Position numbers and translations under genes: made by a program. The notes under the pieces were generated by a model. It was not told where the DNA came from. It worked only from the letters and a program-made list of their open reading frames with translations, and did not search any database. 37,515 nt of DNA from Bradymonadia bacterium (GTDB lineage: Bacteria > Myxococcota_A > Bradymonadia > UBA7976 > UBA1532): contig JBKAGE010000015.1 of the NCBI GenBank assembly GCA_046290225.1, positions 1 to 37,515 on the forward strand. The letters are read 5' to 3'. Of the stretch, positions 26,966-36,570 are shown piece by piece; positions within the stretch are counted from its first letter, which is position 1; each line of letters begins with the position of its first letter.

Positions 26966-29900
26966 TCACTTGCAGTCGAAGTACCCGTAGCAGGGATCGA
27001 TCTTCAGCTCTTTGCCCCCGCTGACCATGAAGTCCCCCATCATGTCGAAGAGGAACACCGCGATGTCGAAGAACTGCGAAGGATCACAATCGCAGGTCTC
27101 CCCTTCCGGACAAGCCGCCTCGCAGGCCCGTACGTGGTCGTCGATCATGGCTCCGGGGTTGTCGAAGCCGTGGGCGCCGCCCGGGTCGGTGTAGGGGAAG
27201 ATGGCTACGGAGTAGCCACCGAGCTTGTCTTTCTTGTCGAAGCCTGCCCTCAGCGGCGGATCGAGACGGGGCACGTCGCCGAAGGTGTCCATGCCGTTGG
27301 AGAAGTTCTCGATGTCGATGTGGACCGGCCTGCCGTCAGGGCCAGTGAAGCGGCCCAAGGTGTCCACGGCCTCTGCAGTGTAGGTGTTGATCACCTGCTG
27401 GTTCATCGGCACCCCATAGCGCTCGTCCACCTCGGTGAACGGAATGATGCCTGCGTTGCGGCCCGCACTCAGACCCGTGCTCGCCGGCACGTTCATGTCA
27501 CCCATGGTGGTGATGATCATGGCGTGGGTGCCCGTGGTCTGCCCAGTACCGGGGTAGGTCATGGGCTCTTCCGACATGAAGCGCAGGTAGGAGCCCGGAT
27601 CGCCGGGATCGAGGACCAGCTGGGCCAGGCCCAGGAACCGCCGGAACTCCGGATCGGAGCGGCGCAGCCCCAGACCCTCGGCGAGGGCCACCAGGGGGGA
27701 CCCGGCCTCGTACATCTTCGTCTGGAACTCCACAGCCTCTTCGAAGGTGTCCACCACCACCGAGGGCTGCACACCTTCTTTGATCTCGCACTCTTCGCTG
27801 CCGGTGACGAGCTGAGGGCCAGAGTAGAAGGTGATGCGGATCGGATCGCCGACGTCGGTGGCCACGTGGGCTCGGGTCTTGCCTTCGCCGTTGAGGTAGC
27901 CACAGCCCACCTCTTCAGTGCGCAGGTTCTCCACCTTCATCGTGTCCCAGGGCTTCACCCCGTCGACGACGGCGAGGGTGCGCGAGGCGTCGTCGTTGAG
28001 CTCGGGCACGATGGTCTCCACCTGGGTCATGCCCGTGGCGGCATCGTGGGTGGCGAGGAACAGCGGGCCCATGGCCCGCAGGATCACCGCCTCGCGCACG
28101 CCGCCCTGCTTGCTGCGTACGCCGACATCGCCGAGGCCGCCACCACCGGCGATGGGGATCGCCACTGACAGCTCGGGCTCGAGGCTGCCCATGAGCAACG
28201 CCATGATGCCGCCGAGGGAGCCACCGCTCATGCCGATCAGCGAATCCTTGCCGATGTCCACCACGCCGTCGCCGTCGAAGTCTCCGGCGAGCTCGTTCTC
28301 GCCGTCGCCGTCGATGTCGAAGTTGAAGCGCTTCGTGCCGTCCCAGCTGCGGACGATGCGGATGAGCTGCATGTAGTCGAGGCCGCACTGCCGCACCACG
28401 TCGCGGGTGTGGAACACGTAACCGGTCCAGAAGTCGGCGCCGGAGTCCTTCACCCCATCGCCGTTCTGATCCAGAGCCCGATCGGTGAACACCGCTTCGA
28501 ACAAAGCGGCCAGGCCGAAGTTCCCCAGGATACGGGTGGCGATGTCTTTGGTCTCCTGATCGACGTTGAGGCCGTGGGAGACGCAGTCGATGGCCAGAAC
28601 CGCCATGCCCTTCGAGGTGAGGTAGCCGCCGTAGCCCGCGATGTCATTGAAGCGGTTCGAAGTGTAGCCATGGCCCATGATCATCACGGGCACGTGCTTG
28701 CCCTCGGCCCGCAGCGACACGTCTTTCTTGGGCATCATCAACCAGAAGTGCACATCCTCTCGCCGAGTGGGGGCAGGCTTCCGGCTGAGATCCACAGGCC
28801 AGGCCTGATCGTCGAGGGGCAGGAAGTTCCCCTCCTCGTCGTACCGCTCGAAGAGCTGAGGCGACTCGAAGGTGCCCTCGACGAGGTAGTCACCGGTGAG
28901 CATCGTCTCCTCGAACTTCTGGAAACTCGGCGCCGTGGCATCCTGCTCCAGAATCGTGGTGGCGATGAGGCGGTACGCCGGGATGAAATCCTCGACGAAC
29001 ATGATGTAGGGGTTGGAGCGATCGCTGAAGTTGCTGTGATCGAGGTCGAGCGAAGGCATCAGCCCCTTCACCACCGGCGGGAACTCTTCACCGATGTGCT
29101 TCTGCACGCCGTGGCCGTAGAGGCCGTCACGGACCGCCTGCCAGTCAGACTCCATGGTCTGGGTGGTGAAGCTGAAGGCGAAGGCCACGTCGCTCAAGGC
29201 CAGGCCTTCGGGGAGTACCTCCTTGAGGGGCATCAGGTCCTGCGTCTGGCCATCGTGGTTGATGAAGGGGTACGGGGATCCCACGGGGTTGCCCTCGGCG
29301 TCCTTCAGCCGACGGGTCACCACCACGCCGTACTTCGTGCGCTCCTTCAAGGGCACCATGGGCCGCAAGATGAGGGTGTTCGTCTGACGCTCGTAGAAGG
29401 TCATGAGGGCGTCGGCGCGGCCGGCGAGATCATCCATGGCGGGGTTGGCGCCCGGGTACCAGTTGGGCTGGTCGAGCACGCCGTCGGCGTCGGTGTCCTC
29501 TGGGGGATCGAGCACGCCATTGCCGTTGAGATCCTCGCCATCGTCGAGGGTGCCGTTGCCGTTGAGATCTTCACCGTCGTCAAGCACACCATCGCCGTCG
29601 AGATCCTCGTTGATCTCTTCGAAGAAGATGTTGTTGCTGAAGCCTCGGGGATCGTTGCGCCAGTAGCCTGAGTAGTCCTCGAGCACCACGGGGTAGTTCC
29701 CGTTGCCCACGTCGAGGTGGTGCACCTTGCCGAACTCCGCAGAGTCCCGATCGATGTTCACCAGATAGACCACGTCGTTGCTGAGATCGTAGTCCGCGTC
29801 CCGGTGGCCTTCGAGGATCGACTCGATGCTCAAAGGCCCGGTGAAGGGGATCGTGATGGGCTGCAACACCCCCCACCCGTCGAGCTCGTCGATCTTGGTC

Positions 29901-30148
29901 CGGGTGCGGACCTCCATCTCGGTGGGGGCCACCATCGAGGCGTTGATGCGGCGCTTCGTGGGCGAGGTCTCGTCGTAGCGCGTGGCGATGTCGTTGGGCA
30001 GCGGGATCTCCGGCAGCGGGCGGGCTTCGAAGTCGAGCTTCACCACCGTCTGCGCCGTGGGGGCCGGTGCCAGGCCCTCGGGGGCATCGGAGAAGCAGCC
30101 GGAGATCGTCAGAACACCGGCGAGGCACATCATCGAGCGTGCGTTCAT
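26966..30148 (-). CDS. large alpha/beta-hydrolase (lipase/esterase-like) lipoprotein
   Basis: RBS GAGGAG before ATG ATG ATG (30154-30146) and lipobox ISGC. N-terminal PLPND...LDGWG resembles extracellular Pla-1/VolA-type lipases. HGY oxyanion motif, AIDCVSHG, nucleophile elbow GGSLGG, and candidate Asp (GDMNVP) and His (AHGF). Confidence 0.82.
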   Translation of the reverse strand: MNARSMMCLAGVLTISGCFSDAPEGLAPAPTAQTVVKLDFEARPLPEIPLPNDIATRYDETSPTKRRINASMVAPTEMEVRTRTKIDELDGWGVLQPITIPFTGPLSIESILEGHRDADYDLSNDVVYLVNIDRDSAEFGKVHHLDVGNGNYPVVLEDYSGYWRNDPRGFSNNIFFEEINEDLDGDGVLDDGEDLNGNGTLDDGEDLNGNGVLDPPEDTDADGVLDQPNWYPGANPAMDDLAGRADALMTFYERQTNTLILRPMVPLKERTKYGVVVTRRLKDAEGNPVGSPYPFINHDGQTQDLMPLKEVLPEGLALSDVAFAFSFTTQTMESDWQAVRDGLYGHGVQKHIGEEFPPVVKGLMPSLDLDHSNFSDRSNPYIMFVEDFIPAYRLIATTILEQDATAPSFQKFEETMLTGDYLVEGTFESPQLFERYDEEGNFLPLDDQAWPVDLSRKPAPTRREDVHFWLMMPKKDVSLRAEGKHVPVMIMGHGYTSNRFNDIAGYGGYLTSKGMAVLAIDCVSHGLNVDQETKDIATRILGNFGLAALFEAVFTDRALDQNGDGVKDSGADFWTGYVFHTRDVVRQCGLDYMQLIRIVRSWDGTKRFNFDIDGDGENELAGDFDGDGVVDIGKDSLIGMSGGSLGGIMALLMGSLEPELSVAIPIAGGGGLGDVGVRSKQGGVREAVILRAMGPLFLATHDAATGMTQVETIVPELNDDASRTLAVVDGVKPWDTMKVENLRTEEVGCGYLNGEGKTRAHVATDVGDPIRITFYSGPQLVTGSEECEIKEGVQPSVVVDTFEEAVEFQTKMYEAGSPLVALAEGLGLRRSDPEFRRFLGLAQLVLDPGDPGSYLRFMSEEPMTYPGTGQTTGTHAMIITTMGDMNVPASTGLSAGRNAGIIPFTEVDERYGVPMNQQVINTYTAEAVDTLGRFTGPDGRPVHIDIENFSNGMDTFGDVPRLDPPLRAGFDKKDKLGGYSVAIFPYTDPGGAHGFDNPGAMIDDHVRACEAACPEGETCDCDPSQFFDIAVFLFDMMGDFMVSGGKELKIDPCYGYFDCK
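29471..29608 (-). repeat. 4 x 36-bp coding repeat EDL(N/D)G(N/D)GxLDxx, putative Ca2+-binding DxDxDG loops
   Basis: EDLDGDGVLDDG-EDLNGNGTLDDG-EDLNGNGVLDPP-EDTDADGVLD. Confidence 0.88.
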
Positions 30149-30159
30149 CATCATTCTCC

Positions 30160-31713
30160 TCACAACCGGATCTGGCCGATGAAGCGGCCGCCCATCACAG
30201 GATCAGGGGTACCACCCGTGGCGTCGGTGAAGGCCGAGCCCGGGGCGAAGTAGCCCCCTTCGAGGCCGAACATCATCCGCGCGAAGCCGATGTTGGTCCG
30301 GTAGCGGATGCCCAGGTCGAACTCGGTGCCGAGGTACACCCCCGGCGTACCGCCCAGAGCAGTCTGAGGATCGCCACCGTTCAGGCGGGTATTGCGCGGA
30401 TCAGCAGCCTGCACCTCGGAGAAGGCCACCAGAGGGCCGCCGTAGAGTTCGATTTTGGCCACGCGCCACCAGAAGCGCGGGAACACCAGGGCGGTGTTCG
30501 ACACCGAGCCCCGAGTGGGGAAGCGATCGAGATCTTCGTTGGGCACACCGAGCAGATCAGGATCAGAAGCGCGGGTCACCGCCCGGGCCGTTGCCGCAGC
30601 GTTCATCTGCCGGAACAGGATCAGCCCCATCTCCAGGTTGGGATCGAGCTTCAGGGCGTTTTGCTGATCATCGTCGAAGTTCTGATCGCCAGTGGCGTAG
30701 AGCATGTCGGTGTTCACACCGAAGCTGCCCCAGCTCAGGTTCAGGCGCAGAAGGCCACCTGCCTGCCGCACGTCGTGGGTCTGCCGGTTGACGGTGGGGG
30801 CCCACTCGGTCTCACCGGTGATGTAGACCCCTTCAAATGCGGTGTCGATCTGCACGTCGTCGAGGCGGGTGCGGTAGCGCAGGAACACGTCGACGGCGGT
30901 GACGTCGGTCACCTGCTCGTCGATGGCGGTCTGCTCGCGGAAAGCCGCGTAGGCGCCCATCTCCAAGCGGGTGGGGTTGGGGCCCTTGCCGAACTGGTCG
31001 TCGTACTTCACCGCCACCACGAACTGGTTGGCTTCGTCATCGCCCACGAGGATGTCGTCGTCTTGCACCTCGTCGTAGGCGAAGAACACCTTCAGAGGCA
31101 GGATGTCGTCGGGCAGCCCCGTGCCCAGGGCGTAGCGCAGCACCCGATCCCCAGAGCGAGGATCACCAAAGTAGGCGCTGCCCGGGGTCCAGCCGTGGGC
31201 GCCGTCGTTGGACAGTAAACCCAGACCCCAGTGGCTGGTCTGGAATCCTGCGGTGACCCGTGCCCAGGGGGTGGTCAGCTCACCGTAGGCCTTTCTCAGC
31301 TCATCGTCGGGCTGCTGCTCGTCGTTCGGCAGCCCCGTGGCCTCGAGATCAGTCTCTCCGCCGCTGGCGACGCCGGTGTAGACATCGTGCTCGTAGACCG
31401 CCTTGAGCTTGAAGGCCTTGTGCAGGTTGAACCCCGCCTCGGCGCCCAAACGCAGCTGAGTGTTGATCGCCGCGTCCGGGTCATAGGTGTTGCCGTCCGG
31501 ATCCACCACGATCGCATCGAAGGCTTCATAGCGCCCCGTGGCCAGGCCATTCGCCATGATGTAGAAATCAGCGTTCCTGGCCTCGAGCGGGCTGCTGGCG
31601 CTGTCTTTGAGGCGATTCGCCTCATCGGGGGCTTGTGCGAAGCTCTGTCCGGACCACAACCCGACAACGAGGGGCGTGGCGAGCAGAGCAGATGTGCGTC
31701 GTGTGCGATGCAT
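30160..31713 (-). CDS. putative outer-membrane beta-barrel protein (alginate-export-like pattern)
   Basis: Start ATG 31713 with a signal peptide ending SFA-Q. ELRKAYGELTTPWARVTAG-Q-SHWGLGLLSNDG, many alternating beta-strands, GTEFDLGIRY, GYFAPGSAF, terminal strand GRFIGQIRL. Confidence 0.8.
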   Translation of the reverse strand: MHRTRRTSALLATPLVVGLWSGQSFAQAPDEANRLKDSASSPLEARNADFYIMANGLATGRYEAFDAIVVDPDGNTYDPDAAINTQLRLGAEAGFNLHKAFKLKAVYEHDVYTGVASGGETDLEATGLPNDEQQPDDELRKAYGELTTPWARVTAGFQTSHWGLGLLSNDGAHGWTPGSAYFGDPRSGDRVLRYALGTGLPDDILPLKVFFAYDEVQDDDILVGDDEANQFVVAVKYDDQFGKGPNPTRLEMGAYAAFREQTAIDEQVTDVTAVDVFLRYRTRLDDVQIDTAFEGVYITGETEWAPTVNRQTHDVRQAGGLLRLNLSWGSFGVNTDMLYATGDQNFDDDQQNALKLDPNLEMGLILFRQMNAAATARAVTRASDPDLLGVPNEDLDRFPTRGSVSNTALVFPRFWWRVAKIELYGGPLVAFSEVQAADPRNTRLNGGDPQTALGGTPGVYLGTEFDLGIRYRTNIGFARMMFGLEGGYFAPGSAFTDATGGTPDPVMGGRFIGQIRL

Positions 31714-31822
31714 CTGCGAACTCTCGGGGGCGTGAATTTGGGGGGCCATATAAGCCCGAAGCCCACGAATGTTGCAACGCTCTCTCTGAAAGCGCGTCAC
31801 CTCGCTGTCACGCAGACTCTGG

Positions 31823-32344
31823 CTACAACAACCCCATCAACGCCTTGCGCCGAGCGTCGAGCAGACGAATCGACAGCCCCTCGGCGTCGATGTCCATGCA
31901 CTCCGTGCTCACCTTGAAGGTGCCCACCTCGGGCAGGTCAGTGGCCACGACGAGACGTTGTTGTTTCTGCTCAGCGGTGATGGCGTCGATGGCGCGCCAC
32001 GGCACCACCAGGATCTCTCCCCCCGCCTCTCGCCGGAGCAGCCCGTCGAGGCGTACGCCGACGCAGGTCTCGTTGCTCAGAATACGCACCGTGAGGATCA
32101 CCACCCTCAGCATGCTGTAGAGGATGATCGCGAGGCCCACGCACAGCGCCGCGAGCCTGAGCGGATCATTGCCATCGATGAGGCCCTTCACACCAAAGCC
32201 CGAGATCAAGAGCCCGAGGGCCATCCAGAGAGAGTTGTGGGTCCACAGTGGGTAGAGGCGACTGCGCGGATCAGGGCGGAACCACTCGATGTCTTTGTCG
32301 AGTTGCAGCTCTTCTTCAGTGGCGAGGCCCCAGGGGCGACTCAC
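31823..32344 (-). CDS. hypothetical membrane protein (2 TM plus small soluble domain)
   Basis: RBS GAGGAG before GTG and two hydrophobic helices. The C-terminal DGLLRR...VVPWRAIDAI pattern resembles bacterial PH-like domains. Confidence 0.75.
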   Translation of the reverse strand: MSRPWGLATEEELQLDKDIEWFRPDPRSRLYPLWTHNSLWMALGLLISGFGVKGLIDGNDPLRLAALCVGLAIILYSMLRVVILTVRILSNETCVGVRLDGLLRREAGGEILVVPWRAIDAITAEQKQQRLVVATDLPEVGTFKVSTECMDIDAEGLSIRLLDARRKALMGLL

Positions 32345-32475
32345 AGCATCTCCTCACGTCGCTCGTGTAGGGTATAGATGCCTCAGTGCCTCACAGGCCG
32401 CCAGAGTCTGTCTTCAGCTGAAGAGATCGAGGGCCTCATACACCTTCGAGGGCTGAGTGGGTATGCCAGACCAGC

Positions 32476-32949
32476 TCAGCCTCCGATCTGCTGCAACACC
32501 TCACAGGCCCGATCGCACTCTTCGATGCACTCACCGTTGAACTCGAAGGAGCCGTTCACCGGGGTGCCGTCGCAATCACACATCAGCTCGGGGCACTCTT
32601 CCCCACCGCCACCGCCACCGCCGCCGTTGCCACCACTGCCGATGACGATGCCACACACTGCCTCACCGCTGGCGATCTCGCCGAGCAGATCGTCACAGCT
32701 CTTGGCTTCGGCACAGGACAATTGCTCCTCTGTGGGCGCAGCGTCACAGACATCGCCACAGTAGGGGGTCGCCAGCTGGCTGCCCTGACCGCAATCGTCC
32801 ACGAGCTTGGCCTCGCAACGCGACTGGCAGTTCGCCGCGGCGCCGTTCCCACCAGAGCTGCCGGAATCGCCGTCATCGTCGTCGCAAGCGGTGAACGCCA
32901 GAGCGCCCAGAGTCAGGGCGAAGAAGGGTACGAGGGTGTGACGCAACAT
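32476..32949 (-). CDS. small Cys-rich lipoprotein
   Basis: RBS AGGAG, signal peptide with lipobox FTAC, 14 further Cys, poly-Gly linker. Confidence 0.85.
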   Translation of the reverse strand: MLRHTLVPFFALTLGALAFTACDDDDGDSGSSGGNGAAANCQSRCEAKLVDDCGQGSQLATPYCGDVCDAAPTEEQLSCAEAKSCDDLLGEIASGEAVCGIVIGSGGNGGGGGGGGEECPELMCDCDGTPVNGSFEFNGECIEECDRACEVLQQIGG

Positions 32950-33276
32950 GTCGTGTATCTCCTGAGTGAACGTACGGGGCCATATACTGTCCCCGCGCCC
33001 TGGAGATTCAAGAAATGTGCACCTTCACGGGCCGCTCTGGCCAAAACCGCCCTGCACCTCACACACGCGCTCGCACACCTCCGCCTCTGGTGGGCAGAAC
33101 GCGTCCCCCCCAGGGGCAATGAGCAGGACAGAGATGACCTCGAAGGGCCCATCACCACAAGTGAGCCACCCCAGGTGACCCAGGCGCGTCAACGGGCTCA
33201 TCGTCTGCCCCCCATGTTCCACACGGCCTCAGAATACATTCATCAGGAGAAATGAGGCAGCCTGTCGCGCAGATTG

Positions 33277-33305
33277 CTGACGCCTCAGTTTACTGTGCAT
33301 ATACT
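33277..33305 (+). promoter_or_regulatory. putative ileS promoter
   Basis: CTGACG, 17-nt spacer, TATACT, about 60 nt upstream of the start codon. Confidence 0.5.
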
Positions 33306-33367
33306 GCGGCGCGTTTTTGCGAGCCTGCCGACGCAGGCCGAACCCCAGCGCGAAAGGAGCGCCCACA

Positions 33368-36300
33368 ATGACGATCTTCGCCCCCATTCAGCTCGACACC
33401 CCATTCCCCACCATCGAGCGCGAGATCATCGACCTGTGGGCGCGCCTCGACGCGTTTCAGAAGTCGGTGGACCAGCGCCCGAAGGACAGCGCCTACGTTT
33501 TCTATGACGGACCACCCTTCGCCACCGGGCTCCCGCACTACGGGCACCTCGTGGCGAGCACGCTCAAGGACATCGTGCCCCGATACTGGGCCATGCGCGG
33601 TCATCGGGTGGAGCGCCGCTTCGGCTGGGACACCCACGGCCTGCCCATCGAGATGCTCATGGAGAAGAAGCTCGGCCTGAGCGGCCCTTCGAGCGTCCGC
33701 GAGTACGGGGTGGCCGAGTTCAACGAGGCCTGCCGGGCCAACGTGCTCAAGTACACCGAGGAGTGGCGGCAGGTCATCACCCGCCTCGGCCGCTGGGTGG
33801 ACTTCGACCACGACTACAAGACCATGGACGCCTCGTTCATGGAGAGCGTCTGGTGGGTGTTCAAGCAGCTCTGGGACAAGGGCCTCGTCTACCAGGGCAT
33901 GCGGGTCATGCCCTACTCGTGGCGCCTGTCGACGACGCTGTCGAACTTCGAAGCGAACATGGACTACCGCGACGTGCAGGACCCCGCCATCACGGTGCGC
34001 ATGCCCCTCGACGGCGATCCTGACAACGCCTCGCTGCTGGTCTGGACCACCACCCCCTGGACCCTGCCAAGCAACCTCGCTGTGGCTGTGGGCAACGACA
34101 TCACCTATGTGCGGGCCCGACCCAAGGGCAGCGACGAGGTGGTCATCGTCGCCGAGGCGCTCGTCGAAGCCACCCTCGGCAAAGAGGCCGAGGTGTTGTC
34201 CAGCTTCCCCGGCAGTGAGCTCGTGGGCCGAGGTTACACGCCCCTGTTCCCCTACTACGCCGATCTCAAAGAGAAGCCTCAGGGCAACGGCGGTGCTTTC
34301 TTCGTGATCGCCAGCGGCCACGTCACCACCGACAGCGGCACCGGCCTGGTGCACATGGCCCCGGCCTTCGGTGAGGACGACTACACCGCCAGCACTGCCG
34401 CAGGCATCCCCGTGGTGGACCCGGTGGACGAAGAGGGCAAGTTCACCGCCGAGGTACCCGACTTCGCCGGCCAGAACATCAAAGAGGCCGACAGGGGTAT
34501 CATCCGGGCCCTCAAAGACAGCGGCCGTTTGTTCAAGCAGGCCACCATCGACCACAGCTACCCCTTCTGCTGGCGATCGGGCACGCCCCTCATCTACAAG
34601 GCCATGCCGGTCTGGTTCGTGAAGGTCACCGCCCTCAAAGACCGCATGGTGGAGCACAACAGCAAGATCCACTGGGTGCCTGAATCCGTGGGCGGCGGCC
34701 GGTTCCACAACTGGCTCAGCGACGCCCGGGACTGGAACGTGTCCCGCAACCGCTTCTGGGGCACGCCGCTGCCCATCTGGAAGTGCAACGACTGCGATCA
34801 CACTGAGTGCATCGGGTCCATCGACGATCTTCAGAAGGCCAGCGGGGCAGAGATCGACGACATCCACCCCCACAAGATCGATCACCTCACGGTGCCCTGT
34901 AGCGCCTGCGGTGGCGAAGCGCAGCGTATCTCCGACGTCTTCGACTGCTGGTTCGAGTCGGGCTCCATGCCCTATGCCCAGGGTCACTACCCCTTCGAGG
35001 GGGCTGAGCAGTTCGAGGCGAACTTCCCCGCGGAGTTCATCGCCGAGGGCCTCGATCAAACCCGCGGCTGGTTCTACACCTTGCTGGTGTTGTCGACGGC
35101 CCTCTTCGATCGGCCGCCGTTCAAGAACGTCATCGTCAACGGCATGGTGCTCGCCGAGGATGGCGAGAAGATGTCGAAGTCCAAGCAGAACTACCCGCCT
35201 CCGGAGGAGGTGATGGAGTCCCTGGGCTCAGACGCCATCCGGGCCTACCTGATCAACTCTCCCGTGGTGCGGGCCGAGCCCCTGAAGTTCAGCGAGCGCG
35301 GCGTACGCGAGGTGGTGCGCACGGTGCTCATGCCTCTGCGCAACGCGTGGTCGTTCTTCGTGCAGTACGCCAACATCGACGGTTGGCACCCCGGCACGGG
35401 CTTCGAAGACGTCGCCACGCCCGATGCCGCCGATCGCCCGGAACTCGATCGCTGGATCTTGTCGGTGATGCAATCGCTGGTGAAAGAGGTGAACGCCCAG
35501 ATGGAGGGATACTACCTCTACCAGGTGATCCCTCCAATGCTGGGCTTCATCGATCACCTGACCAACTGGTACATCCGCCGCAGCCGCCGGCGGTTCTGGC
35601 GCAGCGCCGCCGATCAGGCCGCTCGGGTCGACAAGGCCTCGGCCTACGCCACCCTGTACGAGGTGCTCGTCACCTTCGGCACCGTGATGGCGCCGGTGCT
35701 GCCCTTCATCACCGAGGCCCTCTACCAGAGCCTGGTGGTCGAGCCCGGCGTGGCCGCAGAGGGCAAAGACTCAATCCATCTCTGCGATTACCCCCAGGTG
35801 GACGAGTCCCGCATCGACGCCGCGCTCGAAGCGGCGGTGGCGGTGACCCGTCAGGCGGTGGGCCTCGGCCGCGCCTTGCGGGAGCATCACAAGCTCAAGA
35901 CCCGCCAGCCCCTCGGGGAGCTGACGGTGGTGCATCACGATCAGGCCACCCTCGCGGCCCTGCGCACCCACAGCGAGCTCATCGCCGAGGAGCTCAACGT
36001 GAAGTCGGTGGTGATCACCGACGACGACGCGGGTCTGGCCACGCTGAGCTTCAAGGCCAACTTCAAGACCCTGGGCCGCCGTTATGGCAAGCAGATGAAG
36101 GCCTGCGCTCAGGCCATCGGCGCCCTCACCCGGGCGGACTTCGAGGTGCTGCAGGGCGGTGGTGAGATCGACGTGCTCGGTCAGCCCATCACCCTCGGCG
36201 ACGTGATGGTGACCCGAGCCCCCAAGGGCGAGGTGGTCATCGAGACCGAGGGCGCCCTCACGGTGGCGGTGGATACCCACCTGACCCCGGATCTCATCGC

Positions 36301-36562
36301 CGAGGGGTTGGTCCGTGAGGCCATCAGCAAGATCCAGCGTATGCGCAAAGACGGCGGGTTCAACGTCACCGATCGAATCAACGTGGCGCTGTTCACCGAT
36401 GAAGACGCTCTGACTCAGGCGCTCACGGCCCACGAGGCCTACCTCGCCAAGGAGGTCCTGGCGGCCTCGGTTCAGCTCGGCGCATCTGCCGACGCCTCCG
36501 AGGGCTCAACGGCTCTGGAGCTCGAAGGCCATCAGATCTCGGTGCACCTCGAGAAGGCCTGA
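33368..36562 (+). CDS. ileS: isoleucine--tRNA ligase (type 2, IleRS2)
   Basis: RBS AAGGAG before ATG 33368. FYDGPPFATGLPHYGH, GWDTHGLP, WTTTPWTLPSN, GTGLVHMAPAFGEDD, DWNVSRNRFWGTP, KMSKS, LTNWYIRRSRRRFW. C-terminus lacks the IleRS1 zinc finger. Confidence 0.98.
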   Translation: MTIFAPIQLDTPFPTIEREIIDLWARLDAFQKSVDQRPKDSAYVFYDGPPFATGLPHYGHLVASTLKDIVPRYWAMRGHRVERRFGWDTHGLPIEMLMEKKLGLSGPSSVREYGVAEFNEACRANVLKYTEEWRQVITRLGRWVDFDHDYKTMDASFMESVWWVFKQLWDKGLVYQGMRVMPYSWRLSTTLSNFEANMDYRDVQDPAITVRMPLDGDPDNASLLVWTTTPWTLPSNLAVAVGNDITYVRARPKGSDEVVIVAEALVEATLGKEAEVLSSFPGSELVGRGYTPLFPYYADLKEKPQGNGGAFFVIASGHVTTDSGTGLVHMAPAFGEDDYTASTAAGIPVVDPVDEEGKFTAEVPDFAGQNIKEADRGIIRALKDSGRLFKQATIDHSYPFCWRSGTPLIYKAMPVWFVKVTALKDRMVEHNSKIHWVPESVGGGRFHNWLSDARDWNVSRNRFWGTPLPIWKCNDCDHTECIGSIDDLQKASGAEIDDIHPHKIDHLTVPCSACGGEAQRISDVFDCWFESGSMPYAQGHYPFEGAEQFEANFPAEFIAEGLDQTRGWFYTLLVLSTALFDRPPFKNVIVNGMVLAEDGEKMSKSKQNYPPPEEVMESLGSDAIRAYLINSPVVRAEPLKFSERGVREVVRTVLMPLRNAWSFFVQYANIDGWHPGTGFEDVATPDAADRPELDRWILSVMQSLVKEVNAQMEGYYLYQVIPPMLGFIDHLTNWYIRRSRRRFWRSAADQAARVDKASAYATLYEVLVTFGTVMAPVLPFITEALYQSLVVEPGVAAEGKDSIHLCDYPQVDESRIDAALEAAVAVTRQAVGLGRALREHHKLKTRQPLGELTVVHHDQATLAALRTHSELIAEELNVKSVVITDDDAGLATLSFKANFKTLGRRYGKQMKACAQAIGALTRADFEVLQGGGEIDVLGQPITLGDVMVTRAPKGEVVIETEGALTVAVDTHLTPDLIAEGLVREAISKIQRMRKDGGFNVTDRINVALFTDEDALTQALTAHEAYLAKEVLAASVQLGASADASEGSTALELEGHQISVHLEKA

Positions 36563-36570
36563 CCCGCCGC

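Noticed and set aside
32950..33367. T-box riboswitch upstream of ileS; FMN riboswitch for the rib genes
   Set aside because: No T-box consensus (AGGGTGGNACCGCG) is seen and the putative promoter leaves only a ~55-nt leader. The rib genes are embedded mid-operon with no room for an RFN element.
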